From Tubulanus polymorphus (taxonomy: Eukaryota; Animalia; Nemertea), in NCBI RefSeq assembly GCF_964204645.1, contig NC_134029.1, forward strand, positions 5,518,001 to 5,582,000: a DNA stretch of 64,000 nucleotides. Direction: 5' to 3'. The position numbers and the translations under genes were made by a program. The stretch's first letter is position 1, and each line of letters opens with the position of its first letter. This document shows, piece after piece, positions 1 to 15,242 of the stretch. Below the pieces are notes generated by a model. The model made no database searches and was not told the DNA's origin. It worked only from the letters and a program-made list of their open reading frames with translations.

Positions 1-3000
1 TTATGCGCACAGTTCTTGAAATGCTTGGATTTTTTAGAAAATTATTTCTGAAAATAACAAACTTCAAAGTTCAGTACCCTTGATTTCTATGCGCACGGCA
101 AAAACTGACCACCGATTTTTATATTGCTCTCATGTCGCATTGTTGTAAATTTGAGAAATGATTTTTACATAACTGATACTAGAGATTCACGCGGTTTGAA
201 TGTTGCTGAAGTTGTCAAAATCCATCCATGGACAGATGAAATATGATACAACACGCATCACGGATAGTTTTTAAAAAATAGAAAAAAATGACCCAACAAT
301 ACGGGACATAAGTACCCTAACAAAATGGCGGCTAGCAACTGTAAAATGGTTTATTGGTTCATATACGAGGTTTTGCAGCAAACTGACAAATGAGAAAAAT
401 ATGAAAACTTTACTTAACCATTTCTTAATGCTTCCTGTTCAAAATAGAATATTCTGATAACCGGTACAGACTTTTAGGTGTCTAGAATAGCATTTCCAGT
501 GCAAAGAACAAGGATTTGGAACATTTTTCAGTGACATTTAACACTAAACTTCGAAAAAGAAAAGAACTTTTTGACCATCAAAGATCAAAGAATTACAGCA
601 ATGGTTAAGAAATTAGGGTCAACCGAATCGCCAGTCAATTAGAAAACTCGCCAACTCAATAAGAGACCAAACACCAATCGATCATCGATCTTTATTTTTA
701 CGCGAAAAAGTGCAACAGACCGGGAAAATTACGTCCAGATTTATGGAAATAAGAAAAAAGACATCCGGCGACCACTGGCAAAAAATCTATATCAATTCAG
801 CACAGAAGTCTTCACTCGCGTGCCCTTGCGTCAACACAGAATACAGTTAATGGTCTTTCGACGGCGTGTAAAGTATTTGTTCAGCAAATTGTAAATGCCA
901 GATACAAATAGATGCTACATTAGTAGTAGCCGACATCAGATATGCCTCGCCAGCTATGATTGACTGAAATGAGAGACGCGAAATGACTGATAATCCACAC
1001 GCGGATAATTCGCCACACATTCTGTTGCTTTTATGGTTATGCCAAATTTTCCCGATGATCGTCCATGATTCTAGATGCGGCTACATACCATCTCATTCTG
1101 GTCCAAGAAATAAAGAGATTCGTATATAAACCGTGACAATCGCCAAACCGCAAACCTCTTTAAGTCTACCGCACATAATGGAGTTGCAGCAATGATATCT
1201 ATCCGTGATCAGCAAAGACAAATACTGAGAAAAACCGGGAATTTTGCTCTCAAGCAGGCGAAATATCAGCTAATGAATTGTCTAACAGTACGTTAGTTCA
1301 CAAGTATATACACGCGCGCTACTGCTGCATCAGCTTAGAAGACATTAATCGCATTAGCAGTCCGATAGTAGTTAAACACGTCAATTGGTTTAAATTTATC
1401 TTTATTTCATTCGATTAACCCCGACATTACGATTAACCCAACCGCTTTATTTCAGGCTCTATCACTTTATCAAGCTAGTAAGGATGTATATATGTATACA
1501 CCGCGCATACCTCAGGGAAACGTTAGGTTTTAACTGGGTAAAAATGCAAATATGAAATAACCTGGGAACAATAATCTTTAATATGCAAATAAATTCATGC
1601 GTGCATCATCGCCATTTCCCATTTAGGTGCCTTGTAGTTGGCGTCTTGTAAATATGATGCGATTCTGACGGGCTGAAATTTTGTACATACTCGTATTTTA
1701 GAATTTGTAAGTCTTTTGGTGTTACGCACTTTTATACAATGACGACTGAAATTCGAGAAACCATAGATGAAGAAACTTTCTTTCAAGTGTACCGTTCACC
1801 AAGAACCTTAGTGTCTGATGTACCACAGTGGTTACATTTTAGGATCGTAGAGCAACGTAGATCACTCTGGAGACAACCACTGCCAGGACTGGGAGAAGTA
1901 TACCGATGTATCTATCGTCGAAAAAGATTTATCTGATATACTGTATATATCTGCGTGTGGGAATCTGATGATATCATTATATTACCCAGGATATGGTCTC
2001 TGCCATCTAGTATATATAGTTCTAGTTACCCGCAGCCAATATTGCATATCTGATCTAATACGACAGGTTATCGTAAAGAAGTTTTGTAACAAATTCACCA
2101 AAGATAACTTAACTATATCGAATAAATTGTCTACCATCGGCATCTTCGTGTTTTTATCATATTGCTGGTCTTTTGGGCTAGACTGGAAATGACCTGAGTT
2201 TTCTAAGCACCATGCATGCCATACACAAGTGAAGAGGATGTTAATGGTCATACTCATCGTCGTGAAGATTCATGCACTCAATAAGGACTTCACGAAAACA
2301 TTGATACCGACAACGAGGAAATATTTGTATCATTCCAATATCGTAATCCGGAAACCGTGAAACGAGATATCTAGAAATAATTGACATGTTTTGCCAATGG
2401 GTGCTGATTTGCCGTCAACGAAGTGACGCCAAAAACTGACAACTTAGTCATTCGCGGATCCCTTCGGAAGCTAAAGACGTGAGGCGTGGTAATAAACTAG
2501 TGACCTAACCAGTGACCTCACTATACACCATCATCAATCATATATTGGGATAGATTTCTATATTAGATTTCTGTCTGTCGCAGAAAGAAAAGTAATATGT
2601 TCGTTAAAGGAATGTGACCATTCCGATCGAATTGTCAAAGGGATTCGCAATTTGTACGCAACGGCGACTTAACATCGACAGCAAACTGAAACGTATCGCT
2701 TAATCTGCATAAGATGGGTTCGAATCCTTTTATTTACGCCCGCTCTACCAAATATTCATCTATCATCATATTAGCGCAGTACTGGTTACAGGCTGTTTTC
2801 AATGACGTCGAACAAATATAAACATATATGACTCGTCCTTTTTCCTCATTACTAATGCAATCCTTAGTAAAATATCGAAATATCGATGAACGATGAATCA
2901 AGTGTTGACACAAGTGTGGACGCGCGCTTTGTTTAAGTCTCGTCTGCATAACGTAGTTCAAATTTGAAATCGAATTATCTTCGGGAGGACACAACCCTGG

Positions 3001-6000
3001 ATATCGGTATACAATATTTCTAAAATCATTTAGAAGTGACGTATTGAATGAAGTCTACAAAATGTGCGCGAGTGTTTGGTTGTAGAGTTTAAGGGTGGAG
3101 TCAAAATAGTGATGATATTTAATTAATCATTTTTCAAAACCTTCCTAAACTATATTTCACTCTATGTTTAGTAAAATCGAATTAGATTTTCGGGGATGCT
3201 TTGAAAATCTGAAGAAAGGTATTATCAACATTTTGATGGTGCCAAAACACCTCAGCGCATATTATTCGAACAGTCGAAGTCACCGCACGTCCAAATAGCA
3301 TTCATTTTGTACGCAGACAACACCCTCACCCACGGCGGCATCAGCAACACATAATAATCAATCGCAGCATATTGTAAACATATCTAATAACATCAAATAC
3401 TGATGGGCAAATCAAGATGAATTCTGCAGATTCTAATTACTCGTAAAACGTCATGTATAGATATACTAAAGCTGAAAAATATTATACGTAGATTAGCGTA
3501 TTTGATAGATAATTCCAATCCTAGACGATAATGAAATTAGACGCTGATACATCTATGTGGCTCAAAACAAAATTATCCAAATACTTATCTGATAAAAAAA
3601 GAGCGTGGTTTATAATGTTGCGCTGAGTCTGAATGACTCTAGACGCGGGATCATGGTACATCGTTTATTGTTTACACCAAGGCCAAGGGTTTCTCTTTTA
3701 CTATACGGCGAATATGATCTTTACCTCCTCTTGTTGAAATTCATCATGGCATCAGTAATAATGACACTATATATCTCAATTATTTGCCGTATGAAAATGT
3801 TTGATTTATCGGCCTAACTGGTGAATATGGCGCGTATAGCTGCATCGCTAGGCTACATACAGTGATATAAATGTAAAAAATGTCCGAGAGAAATTAAGCG
3901 CGATATTTGCGAGCCATCCGCCATATGCCATCTAAATTTCATGATCAGACTGAATCGTTCCTACCAAACCGACCGTAAACGAGATCGGCGGAACACCAGT
4001 GGCATACACGTCGCATCAACACCAGGCAGGATACCGGTAAATTGATGGGGCTTTTTGTTGATGTTTGAAAATCTGATTAATGAAGGATTTATAGACGGAG
4101 ATAAAAGGTCCACGACTACTGATGAAAACCCGTAGTCGTCGCCCACACCCTTGACGGAATCACTTGTTATTTGAAAATCCAGATTATTTCACATCAAATC
4201 GAATTTCGAAGCTTGAGCTCGATTTCAATAGATTCAAACTCACTAACTTCGCCTCATCGACCTATTCCATTATGAAACATTCTTCGTCTTGGATAGACAT
4301 TAACTCGTCGATTTTTACATTAAATTCCGATTCGTTGCCGTAATTGATGTTGACTTAGAAGACTCTTGCTGTCACTGATTGTAACACGTTTTAAGAGCTC
4401 CTTAGTATTATGCCATCTCAACGAAACAGCATTCCTGGCGTCATTCATCGACTAATACAACGACTTTCATATCAATGATGATTTTCATATCATTTCATCG
4501 GCTGATTCGAATAGCCGTGATAAATATAAAAGTAAAAAATCGATCTCAAAAGCAGTGATGCATAGGAAAAGACCTGGGAGGGGCATTTTGCGAAATGACT
4601 TAACAGTTCATTCGACTTCAGTATTGTGTTATTATGACTAATTCGGTGATCGTTCCCTGGTTTATGTGTTTATAGTTATGGAATAAGTCTGCATCTATTT
4701 TTTGCCGTTGTTCATTAATGTAACCACGGAAAAAGGATTGGGTCGTGACGGATTGATGAGTCACTGATGATACAACTCGATCTTTATTTAGGATTTATGA
4801 TGACACGTAGTGTTAATTTGAATTAATTCACATCGTGGATTTTCGAAGAACTTTCTATAAACACATTTTTCGTAGAAAGTAATCCAAGAAAGCTATGGCT
4901 TTTAGAACGCGCGGCGTATCTTGTCAAGTCTCGTTCTATTGCCGGATATTTTTCGCCGTAACTCGATTTAGTGAAGTTGACGTAGCTCTCGGCAGACTAT
5001 TGTCGCTAGTTGTCATAGTCTCGACGGCCTCGGGCATTTCAGGAACCGTTACAGCCATTAACACTTGTACAAGACTCAGGATATGAAAGAGCTGCAAATT
5101 CACCAGCCTTTCCTGTCTCATTTTCTAGAAACACTTTCTTTTACAATTAGATTGTCTGCAGGCGAAGAAAAGGTATCTTACGCACACACAATGTCACAGT
5201 ATCGCTCGTTCGCTTCAGGCTGAGCTAGTTGTCTGGGTGCTGAATCTTGTAATACACGATAGCGTTTTAATTAAGTATCCTTCGGAGTAAAAGCTTCTAT
5301 TTTTTCATCTTCCATTCACTTATCTTAAAACGGTGGCAGCGGGGATATAACAGGTCTTTTATGATGGAAGTTAGCTTCTTTCAAGATCTTTTCCGAACAA
5401 AAATCTTTTCAGCACGCTTCACCAAGTGCATCACAGTGCAGGAGAGGTGCAGTTCGCGAAGAGGCTGGCCAGCAATAGGCCCACTGTGGACACTGTCGCA
5501 TCGGTTATACATACACCCATCGCAATCTTGTTCTTGTTTCCCAGGAACCTAGCTTTATCATTCATATTAGATTTGTATAGTAGAATGCTCATCAGCAACC
5601 CGCGCTAATAATAAAGTCCGTAGTAGCATTAACATACCCCTCTGGGAATCAGTGACTTTGAACAGCTATGTAACAGATGACTACCAATCGAGAATGTGTG
5701 TTTGTTCTGTGTCCATCGTAAATATGATATCCAGATAATCCTATTGATGAGCGACGGGTTTCTGGCAGGAATCTCGGCCGACCAGAACTAACGATGGTTA
5801 AACCCTGCGATACGATTTACTGCGAACAGAACCATTGAATCGTGACAGAATGGGATATGGTACATGTCATCAGTGTTGGCTATATCTGTATATAAATCAT
5901 GTCGAAGATTTCGAATACAGTAAAAATCAGTGAACAAGAAAATCAACGTGAGATATCTCTGATATCGTTCAGGAGGCCGAGTAGTTGCTTGCATCTAATC

Positions 6001-6339
6001 CATCGTCGTAGTACAACCGGCACGTTATTGCCATTCTCAACCCAGGCAAAATGATCGTTAAGTCAGTTGCACATTTTTGGTCTGCGTCGTCTTCCTTTAT
6101 TGGCGCGTGACGGGAAATAGTAATAACTAAAATACAGACTAATAAAAAATGTGACTCGTGCTTAATCAAAGCTAGATTCGTCAGAGTTATTTTAAATCGA
6201 ATCTTCGTTTCTCCATCTCATGATCCTCATTCGAGTAATTAGATTCTTCAGAGTCGGTGAGTGAAATAAATGTGTATAACGATTAGCTGCCGAGTGGGCC
6301 TGGAATGAACCTGGTTTTCTATTTATAATATCAACGCGG

Positions 6340-6480
6340 GTGACACGTGCCTGCAAATGACGGCAGAAAATCCGATGGTCGCTAATCGTTCATAAGCAGT
6401 TACCGGTAACAGGCTGTCACAAGAAGCAAGCCACTTGCGGCGTTACTTGTCAATGACGTCATGCCGCTTCCTGTTGATTG
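6340..6480. promoter_or_regulatory. Candidate intronic enhancer with clustered palindromic TF motifs
   Basis: E-box CACGTG near 6345, RFX X-box-type palindrome GTTACCGGTAAC at 6399-6410, CRE palindrome ATGACGTCAT at 6453-6462 and ETS-like CTTCCTG, all within about 140 bp. Confidence 0.3.
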
Positions 6481-9400
6481 CCAATCATTACGGTAGACTA
6501 TTACTTGTAGGTTACAGATGGTCTATTCTCACACTGGTTGGTTGGTTGCAGGTCGACGGTACTGCGCGCGTGTCGAGCTGTCTTGTTAGACACTCCGACA
6601 AATTCGCTTAGTACTTGATTAAGCCGTCAATCGGTCATTAGGTGGATACTTTTCATCGAAACACGGCATCTCAGTTGCGTGAACTATAAATCTATTTCTA
6701 TTTTTTCTCGGGTACCCAACAATCCATGCTTAAACGAAACATGAGGATTCGGTTCCCTGCCTTCCCGTTGAGATTAGCCCTTTTCGCTAGACAGATGTCA
6801 TCATTCCAGTAGATTTGACACTCATCCCATCAGAAAAAGCCATTTTTTAGATGGACTTCTTCAAAAATCTCTAACACAGTGTGGTTGCGTCCTTCATTTC
6901 CGTATCACATCCGTTTTGCCTTCATCCAGTTCGTGTTGAAATTTTGCTTACATATATCTGATGAAGTCATTCGTATTCAAGCCGTCAGAAAATTGTCTTC
7001 ATCAATTAGAAGAACATATGTTAATCTTTAGTGCGATATAGAAATCATTATCAGATAAATCAATGTGCAAGACAGCGTGAATAATCAGATTAAAGAACAC
7101 TTAGAGCCTATTTTGCACGTGAAGAGATGTCAAATACACTTGCTTAACGCTCCAATCAAGTGATACAGCCAATTTTCTGAATATCATCTCCGTATTCTGA
7201 TTTTATATAAAAGTGCCAGTCCTAGAACCAAGAGTTGCCATTCCATTACTATGATGGACTTAGGGACTGATACATACTTGTGCCAGAAAAGGTCTTGATT
7301 TAAATAGCTACCATAAATTATTCAACGTAATTGAAATCCTCGTGGAGCTTAATCGAATTTAATTCCCTATCCATGATACTATCATCAAATATTCCTTTTT
7401 CTACAAGTCTCTTTGTAACTAGATATTGACTGGACAACATTTTTCGCCCAAATCCTACAAGCAAATATTCTTTCGGAGTTGGTAAAAACTTAACCACGTC
7501 AATTACCACAACAGAACATAACGGTCGTAGTTTGAATTTCACGGAAAATTACCCGTAAATTGCTTGTATCAGCTTTCAGTTTATGTTGTAGGACGGTTAT
7601 TTCCGCTCGCTGTTCTCGTTTTTCACTACAGCAATTTGTTTTGATTAAATGAACAAAATACCTGAGAATATAACCACGAGAACCGCCATCGATTTTCAAA
7701 ACAGCATCTGTACGGATGCAAGCCTGTCCTCAGCTATATTGATCACGCTGTCACAAACTGTCAGGGGACTCCATTTTCACAAAATATCAGCTCCGATATT
7801 TCTTAACGGCTGCAGGCAGACGAGCGAATGTTTTCAGCATATTCAAGATTCATCTTTAGCCGTCATTCTGAGTTCTAAGGGAAATACCAATAATATCTGT
7901 ATTCAATTCAACAAAATGTCAGACGTTTCTAGGAATGGCATTTTGGAGCTACAATTTTGATGTTCATCCCCAACCTATATCCGACTAAGTCCAGTGGGTA
8001 CAAATGAGCAAAAATGCCGAATCTAGGTCTCGAAAAAAGATGATCGAAACGTTTATAGATGTTGATATTCTGGACGAGCGTTCAATTTCACGTTTGGATT
8101 AACGAGTATTCCGTTAACCGTAGCCGAACGTAACTGCAGGGATAATGTTCAATTAAGTGGTATAATTGCGTGTCAGTCTCATACTCTCACTCGGCCAGCA
8201 GACGAATTCGCGTCCACTTTCAGTTGGAAGCGCAACTTTTACAGTCAGAAAGCACAGATGAAACGAAATATCATCTGCTTCGATGATCGACAGGTATATA
8301 CTTCTGACTAGCCGCCGGAGGACATCCTCTTAAATCGGGGACTCGAACCCGCAATATAAGTTGTCATTTTCAGTCGTTCTACGAAGAAAATGTGTGGGCG
8401 AAAATATTGATATTGCTTTATGAAATATTCGCAATAGGGACCGATATCTAAATCATAAGTATCACTTGTTAGTGTTTCGTTGACGGCCATTCAAAATACA
8501 TTTACTTCTACATATACAAACTATCTGACAGAAAAACGCTGGAAGTTTTAGGATCAAACAGCAGTTTTATATATGGCTAGAAAATTGAGCCGAAAATAGA
8601 ATGGCTTCTCGAAGATGAGCAGAAACCCTTCCAATCGCTGGCAACAGTTCAAACGACGACGAATATTGAAGCAGTACAAATGAATCCATGCCATGGATGG
8701 ACAACGTGATGAAATCGAGGAAAATAAATTCGGCCTTCGCTGATTTATTCGTATGATTTTACCTACTATGTTGGTCATGGTAAAAATCTGGATCAGTAGT
8801 TGATTTGTTGCAAAAAGAAAGTCTTCAAATATAATATTAATGCATTGTCATATAATAAGTTTATTTCTTCACTAAAGAGATACAATACAGAAATACAGTC
8901 ATCACTATTACATAAAAGAAAAGTTACAGAAAGTACTTCTACACTGTAAAGCGTAGTAAAGAAAAAGGACAAAAAGGGACCCCAAAGGGGGGTATACTTT
9001 TAATGAAAAAAAGCCTAATGCCTAATGCCCTCATTCACCTCGTCATGCACATCAGACATATCTATTTTTTCACCCACGGCTGTCTATCATAGATGAAGTC
9101 AAGAGCGATGAGAAGATGCGCGGAAGTTAAGAATGAAAAATGAAAGGTTTCGATTTTCAGTCAAGATCGCATCGTTAGATTTCATCAAAAATTGAAAATG
9201 GGGGGAAAACGGTCAATATGTTGCGCATATGATATCTTAAATTATTGATTAATTGTCGGCGTATAAGAGTAGAACCATGTTTAAACGAATTGCTAATGAG
9301 ATTGTGATAGACAGAGCTAGTTAACTTAGCAAAGCTCACATACCTGCGCTGAGCGGTTAAAAGCATAACCTTTGTGCTCTGCAGTAATGCCCGAATAAAA

Positions 9401-10659
9401 TCAAGTATTCCTCTTGTGGCTTCATCAATCAACAGGCTCGTTAATCGTAGTAAGATGCCGCTAACAACTCCTCATCGGAGCCTTGTCATTACCTTACAGC
9501 AGTAAGGTTAGCTCTCCAGGGAATAACACCAAAACGGCGGAAATCACACGTTGACTATACCCCTGAAGAATGTCAAGAATGATTTATATTGATCAGACGC
9601 AACATTGCCGGAATATCAGTTGTTCTTTTTCGGCGGACGGAACTCAGCAGGTCGACGAACTATGACCAGGCGGTTGCTGACTATGCCTCCATCAAAATTA
9701 CTGAAGTCGATTATCTCAAAATTACTCGCCGAGAATCTATTGTAGTTGTGCGTCCTTCTTGATACGAAACTGTCGACCTTCTTAATGACGGTTGCTTCAA
9801 CCAACCATGAATTTCTTTAAAGGGAACGAGACAAATCTGCAGCAATTTTACTTTGATCCATCCAAGGGGCCTATCCACGTGGACAGTATCGGCTTTAGCG
9901 AGGATACGGCAACTTTTCACATTTTATACAGATTAACCGACCGAGTGGCAGGTCGATGAGTTTGCATGCTTGTACCCTCATAGATTTCAGATAATCAGAT
10001 GAACTTCTTGGCTGCACACATTGCTTTCCAACGTCAAAGCGACGAACAATTATCGAAGTGTCTGCCGGATCCCAGGGGATCAGAAAAAGTACGATTCATC
10101 TGCGACAAATCCGGTTTACAGCAATAAGAAAAAGAAACTAATACCATTAGTTCGCGGATAAGGGCGATTTTTTATTCCCTCTTTGTTTGCGTATCTACAT
10201 ATACGAAAAACGTCCATAAATATTTAATCATACGAAGATCCTGTTCGGGTCCGTATGGTTGTCGTGTCGCCGAGAAGAGGCTCGGGTCTTATGTCTACTT
10301 GGCTCCAGCGTGCTGCGATCGATGCCGTCCCCAGAGACGACTTGGTCAGCGATTTACATGCGCTACGTTAACCGTTGATGAGAAATAATGTTCGTTATCA
10401 GAGCGGTTACATCTGTCCTCAAATCACTATCCGTATTCCCCAAGGTTCGCAAGAAGCAATAACCTCGCGAAACACTGGCGTTTACTGTGATATTATCTGA
10501 CCCACGTCGAGAATGCCAATCTCTAAAACCACAATTAGTAAATAGTCCGAGTTGCCACCAGTCTTTTATGCGACCATGAAAAAAGCACGAAGCCTTCTAT
10601 CCGAATATGATAATACAACAGCCCGTTCCATAGTTCTTAATACGTCATAATCTGATCAG

Positions 10660-10808
10660 ATTTGAAAAAATGAATGCCACAGGCCGAGTGAGTGGGTCAA
10701 TTAGAAAAATGAATACCACGGGCGAGTGAGCGGATCAATTTGAAAAATGAATACCACAAGCGAGTAAGTGGGTCAATTTGAAAAATGAATACCACAGGCG
10801 AGTGGGTC
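10660..10808. repeat. Minisatellite, unit about 38 bp, about 4 copies
   Basis: Unit atttgaaaaatgaataccacaggcgagtgagtgggtca repeated with substitutions. Confidence 0.9.
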
Positions 10809-11259
10809 TTTCTACATTGATGGTGTAGTTTTGGGTCAGTGAAATCTGGAATATGGATATTCGTAAAATTGATATTGAACAACATACAAAAGCATCGAAA
10901 ATTGCCGTGGAATTGAATTCAGAATTATAGGCTATTCCATTCGTGAAAAATGGGAAGCCTCCGGAAGTCACCGACGCAAAACGCAAATTGCCTGGAAACA
11001 CATCGAGTGGTACAAGTACCAATAGCCTCATTGTGACTGTTGAGAAACAAATCTAGAAGCAAATGCTGAAAATGGGAAAACTTAGATAGATAATACTTTG
11101 ACGCTTCAAGTCATTGCTTAGGAGATTATCAGTGAACACATATTTCGAGCAGATTATTAATGACTTTTAAAAGACAGATAGAAAAGTTTATGTGAGTGAA
11201 GAAGTATAACTTAACGTTCATTGAACAGATATTTTCAAGCGTCTTCTGATTTAACTTAC

Positions 11260-11685
11260 CGACAAGTCTTTCCCTTTACGTTGAGATTGGTGACTTAATA
11301 GCAACTCTACGGCTTCGACATTTTCCTCGTTAATGGCGTGCAACAATGCATCCGCTAATTCCACGTTGTAACTAAGCAACACCTCGATCATTTCAATGTT
11401 CTCATTTTCGATGGCAATGTGCAGCGCCGTCCGACCAAGCGGGTCAACGCAGTTGATGTTTATGTTAAAATAGATTTGAGCCTCATCGAGAAAGTTCCTC
11501 GCCCTGGCCATATCACCTCTCTCCACGGCCAGGAGGTATTGTCTCTCTTCATTAGTGAGGTCAATCTCTTTACGGATGACACCCATCCCCAGAGTATCGG
11601 AGCCTTCATTGAGCTCGATGCCCAGCTCCTGCATCAACTTCTCCGGATTCATTTGTTTTTTGTACTCCTTATACACCTTGTCCAT
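11260..11685 (-). CDS. TRPC: Canonical TRP channel (TRPC4/5 / TRP-gamma-like), first coding exon with N-terminal ankyrin repeats
   Basis: Translation [13 protein letters not shown]...[33 protein letters not shown]...[19 protein letters not shown] matches the TRPC ankyrin region. The exon is bounded by acceptor ttttttctactttcag (exon starts 11700) and donor TCG|GTAAGT (exon ends 11260, phase 0). An in-frame TGA between acceptor and ATG marks 11685 as the start codon. I could not find the next TRPC exon (FTPDITP-type motif) in 1-11259, so the gene probably continues left of the window. Confidence 0.95.
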
Positions 11686-13234
11686 ATTGGCTGCTCAGCT
11701 CTGAAAGTAGAAAAAAAACAGATCATCATATCTCAGTACGGTGAAACTCAAAGCGTACGTGTATTTACCGGTTATTTTGCTAGGTAGTCACTAATTTCTA
11801 GTTCATAAAATCATGATAGCTGTCCAGTTACCATGGTAATCAAACTATACAAACCCTAGGGAAACACCAGCGAATGGAGTACCCCACGGCACTATTTGCG
11901 CATACGGTGGTGTGATGAGGAATTAAATGTTTTGCACTACAATGTTGTTTCATCGAGAGATTGTGGTTGCGGTTTGTTTGGCTCCGGTGGAGAGGAGCAC
12001 GCCCCACCGGAAATTTGGCGTGAAGATCAGATCCGTATCGATCAACCCCCGACTAGATTGTTTCCTTACTTGGTTCGACGGTGATGCTCTAACTCACGAT
12101 TACCATTTTCAATGAAACACTTATGTTACTCGACGAATAACGGCCAGGAATATTATGATAAAGAATTACTACAGTTAAGTTCGGTTTCAGTAATATCAAT
12201 AGCTTCATTTTTAGAATAAGTAAAATCTTGAATTCACGAACTGAAAAGACCCAGATCATTACTCCGATTGGCCAGGATAGGGTATTTGATTCAGTAGACG
12301 GTCGACTTGACGTTGTCTGAGATTCAGGCCAAAAATATACTCCGCCATCAAAATAAAGTTATTGTTAAATTTTCTATTGGTAAATTTCAAACATCGAATG
12401 TCAACCCCCGTGTCCTTAGTCTCCTGATGCTGATATCAAAACCGTGGCACACGATCCGAACGATCAACATCTTAATAATCGGCGCGTATGTCCAACATTG
12501 CTTGGAAGCTTCAAACCAAAGAAATTACGGCAAAACTCTAATTGAAGTTTCGAATTTCAGGTGGATTGAAATGTAAGCATACCGCACAGGTGGTTAATGT
12601 GGCTCTTGATAGTAGTGCTCTATAAGAGAAACCTTTTTCTCTTGTACACAGTTAGCAAATAGATGGAAGTATGGAAAAAAATCACGAACGCTTTGCTTTT
12701 GCTTACAGCACGCAACAGATATTTCAAGGTAGAGCAATAAACAAAAATATTATCATATCCTCGCGTCTTTTCTCGAATCGCTACCGATCGAGGAGTCGAC
12801 AGCGGCGAAGTGCCGATGGCATTTTCCATTTATACTCCTATTTCTGTATCAGCCGTTCTCGTGATATTGACTTCAGAAACTAGCGCTCTACACCACAACA
12901 CAACAGACGATTCGACCAATCCTACATTTGATTTCAAACGAAAACATGCGCGTACTTTCTGATATCGGGAAAAAACCAGGTGCGCTAGAAAGAGCTGGGG
13001 AATTGAATACAAACAAAACTTCACTAGCTTCAACGCGGTGTAGCCTGACAGATTTATCTCATTTGAAAAACTATCACTAGAAAATCATAGCAAATTGAAG
13101 CGACATATTAGTTATGGACACAAATGCATCGAATGAAAATATGCAATCATTGAAAGAATACAAAAATATGCAAGAATGAAAAATATAACCGAACGATTAG
13201 CACTATTTCGAGAGGTTCTTTACAACTATTTGCT

Positions 13235-13355
13235 TGATTCGGGCCATAACCCTAGAAGAAAATGTGAAACCCAAACACCACTAATTTTCGTGCTATGCAC
13301 ATAAAGATTGGTAGACATTGAATCTGATAGTTTTCTTTAATTACGGCCCGAATCA
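13235..13355. repeat. Short inverted repeat, probable transposon remnant
   Basis: tgattcgggccataa (13235-13249) versus ttacggcccgaatca (13341-13355), 14 of 15 complementary. Confidence 0.5.
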
Positions 13356-15040
13356 GCGACCATACTCAGTTGCCACGATCCAAAAATGGTTTAAAATGGT
13401 AATAATGTGTTTGATGAAGATGTCCGTGTGTATTGTCACCTTGATCAGACCTGGTCAACTACATGAGACAAGACCTTATCAATGATTCATTCCTGGACTG
13501 ATCATCATTCGCCAGTGTTGTGGCTTATGTTTATTCATGGATATTTCCATCTCATATAGGGGAAAAAGAAACATCAGATGGACCCTAAGTGGCAATCAGT
13601 TGGTTGATGCGAATAACTTTTGATATTTCGGATGAGACAATGGAGATGAAAGCGTCCTCGGCGTTCTTTACTTAATACGACCATCGGTTTTTTAGTATTG
13701 GATTATCTATTTTCATTTTTCATACATAATCTTCGCGGTTGTTTGTCACTGCCTCAAATCTTCCGTCGGCTTATCATCGAAGTTGTTCCTATTCAGATGT
13801 CAAAGAGATTTTGATGATCTTGTATTTCCGACTAATTCAAGCCCAATCTGTCATATAATCTGTCATTTTTTGTTCGATGTCTATATACGAGCTGATGTCT
13901 TTGAAAAATAAATCCTGCTTCGTCCTGGCTGATTACAACATGCTATACTGCATTTGCCGACGATTCGACAACGTCGTAGAGCGAAGGGACTTGATGGCAG
14001 CTGACATTTCGCTGATATGAAAATCTCGTAAATTTTCTTATCGTATTAAACGTGTCAGTGAGTTAAATGACAATCAAACACGAGACGTGGATCTAATTAA
14101 TTGAAACCGTACGTAAATTCTGCGTTTCCTAAAAAGCATATGTTATTCTTATTCAGCTTCACGTTTACGCGTTTATGCGCTAATTTGCCATAAACGCATT
14201 CAGCATTCACTCGCAAGTTCCTGACTCTGAATACTCTTGATTCTAATTCAAGCCATCGCGTAGTCCTATGCCTGGAATAGTTAGGCTACGTTTCAACTCT
14301 GCACCGTCTAAGAATAAGTTCTTATTCAAATATTTAAAATCTTTATACAAATCCATCAATAACTTACAACTTTGTAATCGTGTCCAATTTGTCAGATAAT
14401 TCAGATCCTTTCGTTTTTCTTTTTTTAGTCACTATAAAGCCTGCGCTACAGTTATTGGGTAATGGAGTCGAGATGAATGAATATGGACTAATTTTGAATA
14501 TTACTGCGTAACTGGGATCAGCACATTTCTAGAAATGACATTTTCCGCAGCGGATTTGTTTATACAGTTTCCTTGGTGGTATTTCAAGGCATAAAAGGGC
14601 CGGAATAAGTTACACCAAATCATAGAAAGTTCCAGCGCATTCGATGTTGATTGATCACCTTCCATTGATCGACAAACCAATGGCAGCAGATTATGGTCTT
14701 TAACCCCGATCGTAAACGAGTTCCCCGGGGAGCCAAAAATCGCTATTCTGGGGGTTCTTCGGTTCGTGATTCAAGAGCTAATTTTCTGTTCGACGACACA
14801 ACGCGGCGCGAAGTGTGATTTAGACATATAGCGATCACGGGCCAATCGTAGCCCTTTCCTGGATAATCAGACGGCAACGAATAAAAGCCGTAATATAAGA
14901 ATCGATTTTTTTTTTCAAATGCGACGAGTGTAGAAAATTCTATCCGAAGAATTAAGAACTGGAATTGAATGCGCAAACTTTAACGACAATGTTTTACGTA
15001 AATCGAGGAACTCGCTCTGAATGATAAGTGAAATCTTCGA

Positions 15041-15242
15041 TCTTGAAATAGGTGTTGTCCCTCTTACTTACTTGACTGGTAGATTTTATTTGATTTGGTG
15101 TCCCTTACAAAGCCACCACACCTACCGGGAGCGAAACAGGAGGTTTGATTTTGAAATCGGAAATCGAAGTACAGATATAGTTGGGTGATGGGTGAAATTT
15201 GCAGAATTTTTGTTTATATCGAAGTAAATTGTAAGTTTCGGG
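15041..15242 (+). repeat. Interspersed repeat family of about 210 bp, copy 1
   Basis: Core ccaccacacct(a/g)ccgggagcgaaacagg..tttgattttgaaatcggaa..gaagtacagata is shared with 19168-19385 (minus) and 62683-62897 (plus). Confidence 0.85.

Noticed and set aside
1560-9950. Short ORFs at 1739, 1982, 7318, 7649 and 9616 as further TRPC exons or gene remnants
   Set aside because: No TRPC motif or other recognisable domain, and no consistent splice phases
10660-10808. 38-bp periodic repeat as a possible CRISPR array
   Set aside because: The units are contiguous with no unique spacers, there are no cas genes, and the context is a eukaryotic intron
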